Program-made: the position numbers and the translations under genes
Part shown: piece after piece, positions 1 through 13,597 of the stretch
How positions within the stretch are numbered: the first letter of the stretch is position 1
How the letters are laid out: each line of letters starts with the position of its first letter
The notes under the pieces: model-generated
What the model was told of the DNA's origin: nothing
The model's input: only the letters and a program-made list of their open reading frames with translations
Database searches by the model: none
From: Mobula hypostoma
Lineage: Eukaryota
Length of the DNA stretch: 64,000 bases
Direction of reading: 5' to 3'
Assembly: GCF_963921235.1 (NCBI RefSeq)
Contig: NC_086097.1
Span: forward strand, 43,340,001 to 43,404,000

Positions 1-143
1 GTCTTATTGGAAAATGCTGATATGAACTGGTATAAATATGTACGTCTCTTTAATACTGTAAAAGATTCATCATATAGACCATAGCAATTTTAAAATACAG
101 TGAAAACAAAATTCATTACTTAATTATTACTTCTCTCCTGTAG

Positions 144-245
144 CCTACAGCCACTATTTCCTGGTTCTAATGAAGTTGATCAAATTGCAAAAATCCATGA
201 AGTTGTTGGTACTCCAAAATCTGAAACTCTGAGAAAGTTCAAACA
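144..245 (+). CDS. MOK: MOK kinase internal exon (kinase subdomains IX-X)
   Basis: ttctctcctgtag|C...CA|gtaag; 102 nt; translates (S)LQPLFPGSNEVDQIAKIHEVVGTPKSETLRKFK(Q), matching recalled human MOK LQPLFPGVNELDQISKIHDVIGTP..KFKQ. Confidence 0.93.
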
Positions 246-541
246 GTAAGTACATCCAAAATTACAATAAAATTAATATCTATGAAGTTTATATCAGGAC
301 TATTTTCTGCTAATGAGCTTTAATGTCTGCATGATGCACAAACCCGGAGAGACAATAAATGCATGGCCCATATTTTTAACTTTGGGCATCAAAATTTTTC
401 AACACTGCATAGTGTCTCCTCCTGATAACTTGTTTGAGAGCTAGAAATCATTTCATAACTATATCAACTGTGAACATGAAATTGTGTCATAATGGTACAG
501 TATTATGGGTCTTCTAACATCCTAATGGGAAATTGCAAGTA

Positions 542-1150
542 CAAGTTCAGTATCCCTTATCCAAAATGATTTTTCAGATTTTGGAATATATTATGAGCTT
601 GGGATCACCATCATTTCCTACTCAGAACTTCTGTGCTACCGGTAAGCAGTCTTTGTCTTACACTTGTTCATTACACATATTTATTAATGCAGCCAGTCAG
701 CGTGTTAGACTTTCATCAGCAATGATCATGGCAAATTTATCAATAAATTTCACTGCTGCTTCTTGATCAGCAGTCACATTATCATCATAAATATTTAAAA
801 ATATAATGCCATGCCTTTTCTTAAATTTCTGCAACTAACCTTATGAATTTTCTCAATTATCTTCAATTTTCAGTTTGGTGATAGTTTTTTGCTTGTTTCA
901 TGATCAGCATACCATTAAGCAGCACATGTTCACTCCAGTGCTGGTGGATCCACTCTTTCAATACGCTATCAAGATCTTCATTCATCATTTCATACAGTGT
1001 TTTTCTATTTTCCATTAAATTTTGTTCATTACATATGTGAGGTCACTTCCCTAAAACTTTATATCTACATCAACTTCACGTTCAAGCTTTATGCATTTAT
1101 CAAATAATAATTTAAATCCACCGTCGTGATTCACATAGACACAGTTAAAG
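542..1150 (-). mobile_element. decayed Tigger/pogo (Tc1-mariner) DNA transposon remnant
   Basis: TA followed by CAAGTTCAGTATCCCTTATCCAAAATG (Tigger4-like TIR); minus strand 805-840 reads G*LQKFKKRHGI, a CENP-B-type HTH motif. Confidence 0.65.
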
Positions 1151-1164
1151 AGATATGCAATAAG

Positions 1165-1314
1165 TCATAGAAAAATACAGCATAGAGAGAGAGGCCCTTC
1201 AACCCATCTAGTCCATGCTGAACCATTGAAACTGCCTACTCCCATCGATCTGCACTGGGACCATAGCCCTCAACATCTCTAATGTCCGTGTATCTATCTA
1301 AACTTCTCTTAAAT
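1165..1314 (-). mobile_element. CR1 LINE 3' end (outermost element of the nest; continues at 9869)
   Basis: Reverse complement of a CR1 3' UTR/tail (catagaaaaatacagc...ggcccttc); sequence resumes as aaatgttgaaatcgagc at ~9870. Confidence 0.75.
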
Positions 1315-2292
1315 CTCTTATCTCCTTTACCATAGCTTGGAGAGGGATAGGAACAGACAAGTTAGGAAAGCATTTAATTGGAATAAGGGGAAATATGAAG
1401 CTATCAGACAGGAACTTGGAAGCATAAATTGGGAACAGATGTTCTCAGGGAAATGTATGGCAGAAATGTGGCAAATGTTCAAGGGATGCTTGCGTGGTGT
1501 TCTGCAAAGGTATTTTCCAATGAGACAGGGAAAGGATGGTGGGGTACAGGAACCATGATGTACAAAGGCTGTTGTAAACCTAGTCAAGAAGAAAAGAAAA
1601 GCTTATGAAAGGTTCAAAAAACTAGATAATGATAGGGATCTACAAGATTATAAGGCTAGCAGGAAGGAGCTTAAGAATGAAATTAGAAGAGTCAGAAGGG
1701 CCATGAGAAGGCCTTGGCGAGCAGGATTAAAGAAAACTCCAAGGCATTCTACAAGTATGTGAAGAGCAAAAGGATAAGACATGAGAGAATAGGACCAATT
1801 AAGTGTGACAGTGGAAAAGTGTGTATGGAACCGGAGGAGATAGCTGAGGTACTTAATGAATACTTTGCTTCAGTATTCACTACGGAAAAGGATCTTGGCG
1901 ATTGTAGGGATGACTTACAGCAGATTGAAAAGCTTGAGCATATAGACATTAAGAAAGAGGATGTGCTGGAGCTTTTGAAAAGCATCAAGTTGGATAAGTC
2001 TCTGGGACTGGACAAGGGGTACCCCAGGCTACTGTGGGAGGTGAGGGATTGCTGAGCCTCTGGCAATGATCTTTGCATCATCACTGGGGATGGGGGAGGT
2101 TCCGGAGGATTGGAGGGCTGCAGATGTTGTTCTCTTATTCAAGAAAGGGAGTAGAGATAACCCAGGAAATTATAGACCAGTGAGTCTTACTTGAGTGGTT
2201 GGTAAGTTGATGAAAAAGATCCTGAGAGGCAGGATTTATGAACATTTGGAGAGGCATAATATGATTAGCAATAGTGAGCATGGCTTTGTCAA
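1315..2292 (+). mobile_element. CR1 LINE ORF2, 5' part (interrupted by L1)
   Basis: ORFs 1337-1558 and 1714-2055 align by eye to the CR1 ORF at 25746 (FNWNKGKYE, KAFYKYVKSKR, LNEYFASVFT, GNYRPVSL, HGFV). Confidence 0.9.
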
Positions 2293-4907
2293 TTTCCAGA
2301 TACACTTACATTTACATTTCTTCCCCTCACCGGTATCAGGTATCAGAACACTTCCATCAAAATATTGACATCACCACAACATCCTATACAAAAGCCCTTA
2401 TTAGTATAGCAGACAGGTTTATATCTATATACTGCGGAAAAGGTTGCCACGCTTTATGAAAACTATTTGTTTTTGAGTGTATCATACATGTCAAAAAGTC
2501 CAAAGGAATGTATTCCCTGATTAATTTACATCAACCAAAAAGTCCAGAGGCCTTATCGGATATCCAACAAAGTAAAATGTTCTTCCTCGCACAGAAAGTC
2601 AGGATGTTAAAAAGTTTTTTCTGATGTGCATTAATAATACGACTTCTGGGTAAGCCTAAGAGAAAAGACACTGGGTCCAGTTCAAGCTCCATCTTCAGAA
2701 TCTTTTCCATTTCACCCAAAATATCACTCCAGTATGCCTGAAGTTTGGGACAAGTCCAAAAACAGTGAGTGAAAGTTCCAGTATTTACTTTACATTTAGA
2801 ACACATTGGAGAAATCCGTCTTAAATTTCGAGAGACGATCTGGAGTCAAATGGGCTCTATGCAGAATTCGAGTTGCAATGCTTTAGTTCTATTACAAACT
2901 GAAATCTTCTTTGCATTATCACAGATGTCTTCCCATGTTTCAGCTGTAATTTCTACTCCCAGCTCTTCCTCCCAGACCCTTCCCAGCTGCTCAGCCTCTC
3001 CACAAGAACATTCCCTCAGGATGCTGAAAAAGTACTAATAGGGACTTCACCCTTAGAACGAAACACCCTCTTTTCCATGTCAAAACTATAGAAATCAGTT
3101 AACAATGATGGTTTTTTTTCTATATATAATCTCTTATCTGAAAGAAACAAAAAAGATCCTTGTTGGGTATGTTAAATTTTTGTACTATTTGACTAAAAGA
3201 CATCATCGTTCCTTCATCAAACAAATCTCCTAGATGGAAAATACCCCATGGAAATCCAAAGTTTAAATCCAGAATCCATTATGCCAGGCTGAAAATCTGG
3301 ACTGCCGGTTATTGGAGTGAAGGGTGATATTTTCGCTGCCTTGCCCTCAATTTGTCGCACTGCCCTCCAAGCCCCGATTGTGTTAATTGTTATTGGATTG
3401 CGACAATATTCTTTAACTAGTTTCATCTTATTGAGGAAAAGCAAATTAATAAGAGGGCATTTTGTTTTTGAAGCTTCAATGTCTAGCCAAATTGAGGAGG
3501 GGTCCCTGCAAACCCAGTCAACCACATAAGATAAAAAGGAACTTAATTGATATTTTCTAATGTCTGGAAAAATCCAGACTCCGTAGACTACTGGGAAGCT
3601 GTCACTTAGACATTTTAATACAGGGTCTTTTTTTGTTCCAGATGAAAGAAACAAACCAGCCATTTATTTATTTATTATTTGTTGGGTAAAAATGACTGGA
3701 ATCATTGGTATTGGGTAGAGCAGATGAGAAAGAATGTTCATTTTCAGCAAGGATATTCAGCCAAGCCAAGAAATGGGAAGAGTGCTCCATCGCTCAAGAT
3801 CCTGTTTGATTTTGTCAAATAACTGTGTAAAGTTAGCTTTGAACAATTGATCAAACGTAGGTGTGATAAATATACCTAAGTAAACAAAACCGGTCTGCGA
3901 CCATTTAAAGGGGAAAACACCCTGAGTGTCAGGTACCTGCTGCAGATTCCCCAGAGGCATAGCCTCTGATTTAGTAAAGTTGATATTATAACCTAGAAAA
4001 GGCACTAAATGAACTGATACGTTGTATAAGGTGGTGCACTGATATAGCAGGGTTTGATAAGAAAATTAGAACATCATCCATATACAATGTAATTTTATGT
4101 GACTTTAGTCCTATGTCTGGACCAGATATCTTGGGGTCTCACCGAAAAGCCTCAGCCAATGGCCCGATCACTAGTGTGAAAAGTAGTGGTGATAAAGGGC
4201 AGCCCTGCTGGCTGCCCCTCAGAATACTAAAATTATCCGACCTAATGCCATTAGTTAGAATCGCAGCTAAAGGGTCATTATAAAGAACCTTCACCCATTT
4301 AATAAAATTATTGCCCAAACCAAACCGTTATAAAGTGAAAAAAAAAGGTACGGCCATTCGACACGATCAAAGGCCTTTTCTGCATCTAAGGAAACCACCA
4401 AGCCGTCCATTGCCTGTTGCTGACATGCCTGAATCACACTAAGTAATCTTCTGATATTGTTAGGTGATCTACACTATGGCCTTTTACAAAACCCGTTTGA
4501 TCCTCTTTTATGATAAAAGATAACACAGTTTCTAATCGCAACGCTAAGGTTTTAGATAAGATTTTAAAGTCAACATTTAACAATGAAATAGGCCTGTAGG
4601 AGGCACAATCTTCAGGCTCTTTCCTTTCTTAAGAATTAGGCAGATATCAGCTTCTCTCAATAATGGTAGGAGGAGACCACAATTAAATGCATGATTGAAC
4701 ATGTTTAGCATAGGCTCTGATAATAACCCTGTGAACTCTTTATAGAATTCACTGGTGAGTCCATCAGGATCAGGATACTTCCCACTTTGGAGCTGTCTCA
4801 CAGCATCCTGTATCTCATGTATAGATAACAGAGTATTGAGGAGGGACTGTTGTTCAGAAGAAATGCCTAGGAGATCTAAATTCCTGAAAAAGGACTCCAT
4901 CCTAGAT

Positions 4908-5895
4908 AGAAAAAGGCCACCTCCAACAGGATCCCACCACTAAGCACATCTTTCCCTCCCCACCTCTTTCTGCTTTCCGCAGGGATTGCTCCCTACGCGA
5001 CTCCCTTGTCCATTCATCCTCCCCGTCCCTTCCCACCGATTTCCCTCCTGGCACTTATCCTTGTAAGCGGAACAAGTGTTACACATGCCCTTACACTTCC
5101 TCCTTCACCACCATTCAGGGCCCCAGACAGTTCTTCCAGGTGAGGCGACACTTCACCTGTGAGTCGGCTGGGGTGATATACTGCGTCCGGTGCTCCCGGT
5201 GCAGCCTTCTATATATTGGCGAGACCTGGCGCAGGCTGGGAGACCGTTTCGCTGAACACCTACGCTCTGTCCACTGGAGAAAGCAGGATCTCGCAGTGGC
5301 CACACATTTTAATTCCACATCCCATTCCCATTCTGATATGTCTATCCACAGCCTCCTCTACTGTCAAGATGAAGCCACACACAGGTTGGAGGAACAACAC
5401 CTTATATTCTGTCTGGGTAGCCTCCAACCTGATGGCATGAACAATGGCTTCTCTAACTTCCGCTAATGCCCCACCTCCCCTTCGTACCCCATCCCTTATT
5501 TATTTATTAATTATTCCCCCCCCCCTTCTCTTTTTTTTTCTCCCTCTGTCCCTCTCACTATAACTCCTTCCCTATCCTCTGGGCTCCCCTCTCCTTAGGC
5601 CTCCCGTCCCATGATCCTCTCCCTTCTCCAGCTTTGTATCCCTTTTGCCTATCACCTGTCCAGCTCTTGGCTCCATCCCTCCTCCTCCTGTCTTCTCCTA
5701 TCATTTTGGATCTCCCCCTCCCCCTCCCACTTTCAAATCTCGTACTATCTCTTCTTTCAGTTAGTCCTGACGAAGGGTCTCGGCCTGAAACGTCTACTCT
5801 CCCTCTTCCTATAGATGCTGCCTGGCCTGCTGCGTTCACCAGCATTTTTTGTGTGTTTTGCTTGAATTTCCAGCATCTGCAGATTTCCTCGTGTT
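4908..5895 (+). mobile_element. 5'-truncated Penelope-like element (GIY-YIG part plus pseudo-LTR) inserted in L1
   Basis: GVIYCVRCSRCSLLYIGET..RFAEH..LQPDGMN; 12-bp TSD TCCATCCTAGAT at 4896-4907 and 5896-5907. Confidence 0.93.
5763..5798 (+). ncRNA. minimal type I hammerhead ribozyme motif (stem I mismatch)
   Basis: AGTC-CTGACGA-AGGGTCTCGGCCT-GAAA-CGTC-TACT. Confidence 0.7.
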
Positions 5896-8640
5896 TCCAT
5901 CCTAGATTGTCCATCATTACATTGCTCAGATTTATACAGTTTAGAATAAAAACTCTTAAACACAACATTAATCATTTTAGAATTACTAGTGAGGGCTCCT
6001 GTCCCATCCCTAATTGAAGCAATAGTCTGAGGGGCATTTTTCTTTCTCGCTAAATAAGCCAAATACCTACCTGGTTTCTCATCATGTTCAAACAATCGTT
6101 GTTTAGCAAATGTCAATTTTCTTTTGGCTGCTTGGGTAAGTAAAGAAATTAGTGTACAGCATGGGGCTGTGATATTCTGTAACTTGGTTGCAGAAGGCTT
6201 ATTAATATCATCCTTTTCAGCTGCCGCAAGCCTTGCTTCCACTAGGCACTGCTGTTCCGCAGCTTGTCGCTTCTTACCACCAGAGTAGGAGGTAATTAAT
6301 CCCCTTGCATAGGCCTTAGCGGTTTTCCAGATCATCGATGGACTACTAGCTGATTTGGAGTTAATAGATAGGAAAGTTTTGAATTTGGAAGTAAAGTAGT
6401 CTATAAATTTATTAACTTTTAGAATAAAAGGACTCAGCCTCCAATGTCTAGATTGTGCTGAATTATCTTTGGGCTTAATATTTAAATATACTGCTGCATA
6501 GTCAGAAATAGCGATATTTCCAATTGTGCAGGATACAACTAAATCCAGGAGCGCTTTGGGGGTTAGAAAAAAGTCTATTCTGGTGTAACACTTGTGTGGA
6601 TTAGAAAAAAATGTGGTCTTTGTCTGAGGGATGTAACAACCTCCAGATATCCACAAGTCCTAGTTCTCCACATAAGCCCATGATTTGTTTGGACTGTGAG
6701 GAGAGCAATGGGGGAACACGAGGCACCCTGTCCATCAATGGGTCCATGAGACAATTAAAATCCCCACCTACAATAATGTTTTGTATTGAAAAGCTTGTAA
6801 GTCTGAAAAAAGCATCTGTTAGGAATTTGAGAAGATGAGCTGGAGGGCAGTAAACATTGAGAATACCATATTTCTCACCAGATATTGAAGCCTTAACAAT
6901 CACAAATCTCCCATACTTATCCTTAATGCAGTCTAATAACATAAAAGGTAAGTTCTTCCTAATTAAAATGGCCACCCCCCACTACTTCTGGGATTAAAAG
7001 ATGAAAAATAGACTTGATCAAATCCACTCTGTTGAGGTTTAAGATGTTCTCTATCATTTAAATGTGTCTCCTGCAATAAGGCTATATCCACCCTTTCCTT
7101 TTTCAGGTTTAGTTGGAATTTCTTTCTCTTGATTGGTGAATGACTCCCTGTAATGCACAATTTTAATATATTACTGGTCATAACCCTTTATAACAATCAT
7201 GTGACTCCGGAGGAGAAGAAACCAGACTTAAGATCAGCTGAGCAACAATAAGTAAATAAAGAAAATCCACGAAAAAAAAACAAAGCGCCAACAGCGCTGA
7301 ACAAGAGGGCTTATCCCACACTTAAAGGGAATATCTGAATTTCTAACACCCCATATTCTGCCCCACTGCCAATATGGCATTTAACATGGTCAAAAATGAA
7401 AACGACATAATTTATCAATCCACCGATTTGTTACCATCATGTTTAAACTCCTTCAGGCTGGAGCAGCACCGCTAATTTAAACAAATAATGAAACTGTATA
7501 AATCAAAACAAACACGTTACCCATCCTATAAGATACCTTTTCATTACTCGACAGCAAGATAAAATAAAGCGACCATTGTGCATGTTATTGTCCATAACCA
7601 GGGCTACACAATATACTGTATACATTCTTTAGCCCAACGTGTCCACAAAAGATTTAGCTTTGCCAAGAGAATCAAATATCTTGGTGGTCCTGTTGTAGGT
7701 GATTTTCAGCGCCGCTGGGTATAGCATAAAGTACTGGATTCTGGATTCCCTCAACCGCTTCTTTACCTGGTCGAATTCCTTGTGCTTCCGAATAATGGCT
7801 GCTGAAAAATCTTGAAAAAATATAAGCCTAGATCCCTCTTATATTAAGGCCTGGGCATCAGTTCCGCAGCACCTCGAAGCCTCCATCACTCTTTGATTAT
7901 CACCAACATTATCGAACTGCATGAGGAGGGGTCGAGGGCGTTGGCCTGGGCCCGGTTTTGGCGCCAGCATATGGTGAGCTCTTTCCACTTTAATGCGTCC
8001 AGCCTTGGTTTCCAAATCAAGGAAATTAGGCAGCCAGCCCTCAAAAAACGTCGCTGGTTGGCTGCCTTCTGTACCTTCAGGTAGACCGATGATTCGTATA
8101 TTCTTGCTCCTACCTCTGTTCTCAAGATCATCGATATAGTCAGACAGGCTTTGAACTTGCTTTTCTAGCGCCCGGATGCGGCTTTGGGCCTGATCAGTTA
8201 CAGTTCCTACCACGGAGGCTCAGCCCTCAGCTTCAGTCGTTCTTGTATCAATATTTTTAAGCTCCACTGTGTGGTTTTGGAGTGTTAGACAGAGTGGAGC
8301 CAACTTCTCATCCATCATTTTGGATATGTTCTCCGTAACTTCCTGAATTACTTGACGAAAAGCAGGGTCCAACGTGTTAGCATAGCTAGCAGTAGCTAGC
8401 TCCTCAGCCCCAGGCGAGCACTCTGTGCAGTCCATCCTGGACGCCTTTTTAGTACTTTTCAATGGCATGGTGTTGAAGCAGCTCAAAAAAACACTCACCA
8501 ATGATCATGTCATTAAATCCAACACTTGAGCATTGTAAAAAAAAAAAGTTGAAACGGATAGGTTTATATGCGAAATTATCAGTGTTGCGGTGCTGAGCTC
8601 AACAAAGCAGACTTTCCACTGCACTGCCATCTTGAAACTT

Positions 8641-9868
8641 CCTGATTGAACTTTTTGAGGATGTGATTAAATATGTTGATGAAGGTAGAGCAGAAGATGT
8701 AGTGTATATGGATTTCAGCAAGGCACTTGATAAGGTACCCCATGCGAGGCTTATTGAGAAAGTAAGGAGGCAAGGGATACGGGGGGGGGCTTGCCTTGTG
8801 GATCCAGAATTGGCTTGCCCACAGAAGGCAGAGTGGTTGTAGATGGGTCATATTCTGCATGGAGGTTGGTGACCAGTGGTGTGCCTCAGGGATCTGTTCT
8901 GGGACCCCTTCTCTTCATGATTTTTATAGATGACCTGGATGAGGAAGTGGAGGATGGGTTAGTAAATTTGCTGATGACACAAAGGTTGGAGGTATTGTGG
9001 ATAGTGTGGAGGGCTGTCAGAGGTTACAGCGGGACATTGATAGGATGCAAAACTGGGCTGAGAAATGGCAGCTGGAGTTCAACCCAGATAAGTGTGAGGT
9101 GGTTCATTTTGGTAGGTCAAATATGATGGCAGAATAAAGTATTAATGGTAAGTCTCTTGGCGGTATGGAGGATCAGAGGGATCTTGGGGTCCGAGTCCAT
9201 AGGACACTCAAAGCTGCTGTGCAGGTTGACTCTGTGGTTAAGAAGGCATACGGTGCATTGGCCTTCATCAACCATGGGATTGCACTTAAGAGCCAAGAGG
9301 TAATGTTACAGCTATATTGGACTCTGTTCAGACCTTGGAGTACCGTGCTCGGTTCTGGTCACCTCACTACAGGAAGGATGTGGAAACTATAGAAAGAGTG
9401 CAGAGGAAATTTACAAGGATGTTGCCTGGATTGGGGAGCATGCCTTATGAGAATAGGTTGAGTAAACTTGGCCTTTTTTCCTTGGCGTGACGGAGGATGA
9501 GAGGTGACCTGATAGAGGTGTGTAAGATGATGAGAGGCATTGGTTATGTGGATAGTCAGAGGCTGTTCTCCAGGGCTGAAATGGCTATCATGAGCGGGCA
9601 CAGTTTTAAGGTGCTTGAAAGTAGGTACAGAGGAGATGTCAGGGGTAAGTTTTTTACGCAGAGTGTGGTGAGTGCGTGGAATAGGCTGCTGGCGATGGTG
9701 GTGGAGGTGGATACGATATGGTCTTTTAAGAGACTCCTGGATAGGTACATGGAGCTTAGAAAAATAGAGGGCTATGGGTAACCCAAGGTAATTTCTAAAG
9801 TAAGTACATGTTCAGCACAGCATTATGGGCCAAAGGACCTGTATTGTGCTGTAGTTTTTCTATGTCTC
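8641..9868 (+). mobile_element. CR1 LINE ORF2, 3' part and tail
   Basis: LIELFED..VYMDFSKA.., [28 protein letters not shown]; tail gtagtttttctatgt. Confidence 0.9.
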
Positions 9869-11448
9869 TAAATGTTGAAATCGAGCTTACAGGCATCACT
9901 TGTGCTGGTAGCTCGTTCCACGCTCTTGTGACCCGCTGAGTGATGAAATTTCCCCTCATGTTCCCCTTAAACTTTTCACCTTTCACCCTCTACCCATTAC
10001 CTCGAGTTGTAGTCTCACCCAACCTCAGTGGAAAAGCCTGTTTACGTTTACCCTATCTATACCTCTCATAATTTTGTATACCTCTATCAAATGTCTTCTC
10101 ATTCTTCTAGGTTACAAGAAATAAAGTCCTAACCTACTCAATCTTTCCTTATAACTCAGGTCCTCCAGACCTGGCAATGTAGATTTTCTCTGTACTCTTT
10201 CAACCTTATTTACATCTTTCCAATAGACAAGTGATGAGAACTGCACACAATTCTCTCAATTATGCTTCACCAATGCCTTATACAACACCTGTACTCAGTA
10301 CTTTGATTTAGGAAGGCTAATGTGCCAAATGCTTTCTTTTATGACCATATCTACCTGTGATGCCACTTTAAATGAATTATGGACCTGTATTCCCAGATTT
10401 CTTTGTTCTACCACATTCCTCAGTGCTCTACCGTTCACTGTGTAAGACCTACCCTGATTGGTCCTACTGCAGTGCAATGCCTTGCACTTGTCTGCATTAA
10501 ATTCCATCTGCCATTTTTCAGCTCATTTTTCCAGCTGGACCAGATCTCACTGCAAGCCTACCTCACTGTCCACTACACCCCCAATCTTGGTATCATCTGC
10601 AAATTTCCTGATCCAGCTAACCACATTATCATCCAGATTGTTGATATAGATGACAAACAACAACAGGTCCAGCACCAGTTCCTGCGGCACTCCACTCATC
10701 ACAGGCCTCCAGTCAGAGAGGCAAACATCTACTACCACTCTGGCTTCTCCCACAAAGCCAATGTTTAATCCAGTTTACTATCTCATCTTGAATGCCAAGT
10801 GACTGAACCTCTTGACCAACTTCCCATGCACTATATTTTCAAAGGACTTGCTGAAATCCATATAGATAACATCCACTGCCTTCATCAACTTTCTTGGTAA
10901 CTTCCGCAAATATCTCTATAAGACTGGTTAGACATGACCTATCATGCACAAAGCCATGCTGACAATCCTTAATCGGACCATGTCTATCCAAATACTTATA
11001 CATATCTGGTCCCTTAGACTACTTTCCAATAATTTTCCCACTACTGATGTCAGACCAACTGGCCTATAACCTCCTGGTTTGTTTTTAGAGCCTTTCTTAA
11101 ACACTGGAACAATATTGGCTTTCCTCCAAACCTCTGGTAGCTCACCTGTTGCTAAGGATGATTTAAGTATTTCTGCTAGGCCCCCGACAATTTCTGCACT
11201 TGCCTCTTCTAGGATCCGAGGGAATGCTTTGTCAGGCCCTGGGGATTTATCCACCTTAATTTGCCTCAGGACAGCAAACACCTCCTCGTCTGTAATCTGA
11301 TAGACTCCATGAAGTCAATGTTGCTTTGTCTCACTGCTATAGACCCTGTGTTTGTCTACAGATAAAAAAAAATTATTACAAATGCAGAAAAATAATTTAA
11401 GATCTCCCCCATCTCTTTTGACTCCACACATGAATTACCATTCTGATC
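9869..11448 (-). mobile_element. older CR1 LINE body (outermost element of the nest)
   Basis: Minus-strand ORFs with DKSPGPD, GYRPVGLTSVVGK, SGVPQE, KFADDTKIGG, MEFNADKC. Confidence 0.9.
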
Positions 11449-11594
11449 CAAAATGATGTGAGAGCATCATTTTGCTGTTGCTTGTTAGTAGGTAGGTGGC
11501 TATCTGGTGCTTCAGTTTGTAAATGGAGCATTTTGATCTATTACACTAATTAATATATTTGTAAATGAATTTCACAAAATTTTTGTTACTCTAA

Positions 11595-11910
11595 AGTAGT
11601 CTTTCTCTGAGTCAGGAGGCTATTGTAGTTCTCAGTCAAAGTTCTGAGAATATAATCTAGAGTGGTTCAAGAGATTCCGCTCTTGAGCCAATGTTAAACA
11701 AAGGCCTAATCCAATTCTTCAATGGACATCTAAAATTTTATGGCATAATTTACGGAAAAACAGAGGTCTTCTAACATGATTATCAATATGTTTTACTGAT
11801 CAAATGCTATTTATTGTGTTTTCTTGTTCACAAAATAGTTGCCACATACACTTACTTAGTAGTCATCAAACTGTAGTAATGTATTATATTCAGATTGATA
11901 AAATTTTGTG
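11595..11910 (+). mobile_element. ancient Deu-domain-like SINE remnant
   Basis: tctgagtcaggagg head; atgttaaacaaaggcc..tggacatctaaaa..atggca resembles the recalled DeuSINE (SacSINE1/AmnSINE) central domain; heavily decayed. Confidence 0.4.
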
Positions 11911-12814
11911 AAGTATTTGAATTCTTTAAAAAAAAGTATTTTAATCTTGTTTTCATTTCAATTTTTTATTTGCTTTCTTCCCCCTGCTGGATCTCCACAG
12001 TCACTTCCCTAGGGATCTTATCGAACTAACAATATTGTTAGATAGAGTATATCTTACTTTTCAGAAGACAAATTAGATATTTCCTTTTTGATGGTTTAAA
12101 TATTTATCAATTGGTGAAATTAATCACTTTTTACTATACTCTCCACCAGTGGTTTAAAGTATTTTTTCACCGAATCCATGGTTAAATTGGCTACTGCAAA
12201 TTGTCCTTAATGTGAAAGTGAGTGGGAAAATTCTCAAAACAGTTGACAGGAATGTGCTAATAATAAAATGAGAGATTGGTGAAAATGGATGCTTGATAAT
12301 GTAGACTGTACAACTGAATGACTTTAACTAAATGGTTCTCTCATATGACCCAATAATAACAAGGTCTGTGGACTAGAGTTTGTTTAAAAGAGCTGAGAAA
12401 ATGGTTAATTTTCTGAAACTCTCACTACTTGAGGATTATGGCCCTTATTTTGAAAACCACTCCGCAACTCAATGAGGGCTGACTTTATTGTGTTACAGAA
12501 ATCTTAATTAATCCATTAGCAAATGGGATTCATAAGTAGTCTATTTTTGTAGGGTTCTTGTTGTCCTCAATTTTAATCTGAGTTGGTGTAGTTCTGCACT
12601 GCATTGTTTCTCTACTACTTAGTTTTTCTTTGATTTTTCCCAACAATCGTTCACATCATCAACCTTTGAGGACAGAAGTCCCAAACACTCAAAATATTTA
12701 ATCTTGTCTCTGCATTAAATGGATGACACCTTATTTTTAAACAATGAACCCTGGACGGGAAATAGTTTTACAAAAAGTATGGAAGGGAAGATCATTTGCT
12801 TGACAAATTAACAT

Positions 12815-13300
12815 TCATCATCGTTCAAGTGCCTTGCCGTTCAGTGTCGGCGATCATGTCTCTCCATCCACTATGATCCCTGACCCTCTGAATTGTAGTT
12901 GTTGCCTTCCCTGTTTCTAACCGTGATGTTATTCCATCTGTCATTTTCATTCTTTGTCTGCCTCTGCTTCTTTTTCCTTCCAGCTTTCCAGTTGTAACTA
13001 AATGTTCTAATGTCTCTCTTCGCATGACGTGTCCAAAAAATTTTGATTGCTGTTTACTGATTTTTTTTAAAGTAATGTACGTTTTGTTTTCGTTCTCTGT
13101 AGAACTTCTTCGTTGGTTATCCTGTCCGTATATGATATGCATAGCATTCTTCTGAGGAACCCCATCTCTGCTGCATTGATTCTTTTTTGTATTGCATTTG
13201 TGATGGTCCATGACACGCAGCCATACATCAATGTAGGAGGAATGTAGCAGCTGAGAGTTCTAAGGCGGATGTCAATTGCTATTCTCTTTAACATTACCAT
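12815..13300 (-). mobile_element. RTE-clade LINE 3' fragment
   Basis: LMYGCVSW..INAAEMGFLRRML..DRITNEEVL and FFGHVMRRETLEHLVTTGKLEGKRSRGRQR; short (GAT)n tail. Confidence 0.85.
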
Positions 13301-13423
13301 TCAAATTTTCTTTTTAAGAGATAAATCGCTTATGATTCTCCTTCTATATTCCTGTGATATTTGGAGTTCAGACATTTAGGATTAAACAATTTAGTGTGAT
13401 TTCTTAATTTTTTCCCAATATAG

Positions 13424-13597
13424 AACACGAGCTATGAGTTTTAACTTTCCAAAAAAGAAGGGAATAGGAATATCGTGTCTCATTCCTCACAGTTGTTCTG
13501 AGACTATTTCATTGATGCATGCAATGATGGAGTACGATCCTGAAGAACGAATCACTGCTAAGCATGCATTGCAGCATCCATATTTTCATGATCTGAG
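13424..13597 (+). CDS. MOK: MOK exon (kinase subdomain XI)
   Basis: tttcccaatatag|A...AG|gtaag; 174 nt, phase-compatible with the previous exon; TRAMSFNFPKKKGIGISCLIPHSCSETISLMHAMMEYDPEERITAKHALQHPYFHDL(R). Confidence 0.94.

Larger units (their letters stand above)
2293..8640 (-). mobile_element. near full-length, decayed L1-clade (L1/Tx1) LINE
   Basis: ORF1 ~8468-7629 (DDLENRGRSKNIRIIGLPEG); ORF2 from 7181 with APE motifs ALLQETH, GGDFN, RIDFF, RT motifs QGCPLSPLLF and LYMDD, C-terminal CSKC..HCFWTC; many stops and frameshifts. Confidence 0.92.

Noticed and set aside
5558..6017. Recurrent ORFs such as LVNAAGQAASIGRG..VDVSGRDPSSGLTE (also 16596, 42332, 51505, 51522) that look like a small-protein family
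   Set aside because: They are translations of the Penelope pseudo-LTR on either strand; starts and stops differ among copies, and the conserved part coincides with the hammerhead motif
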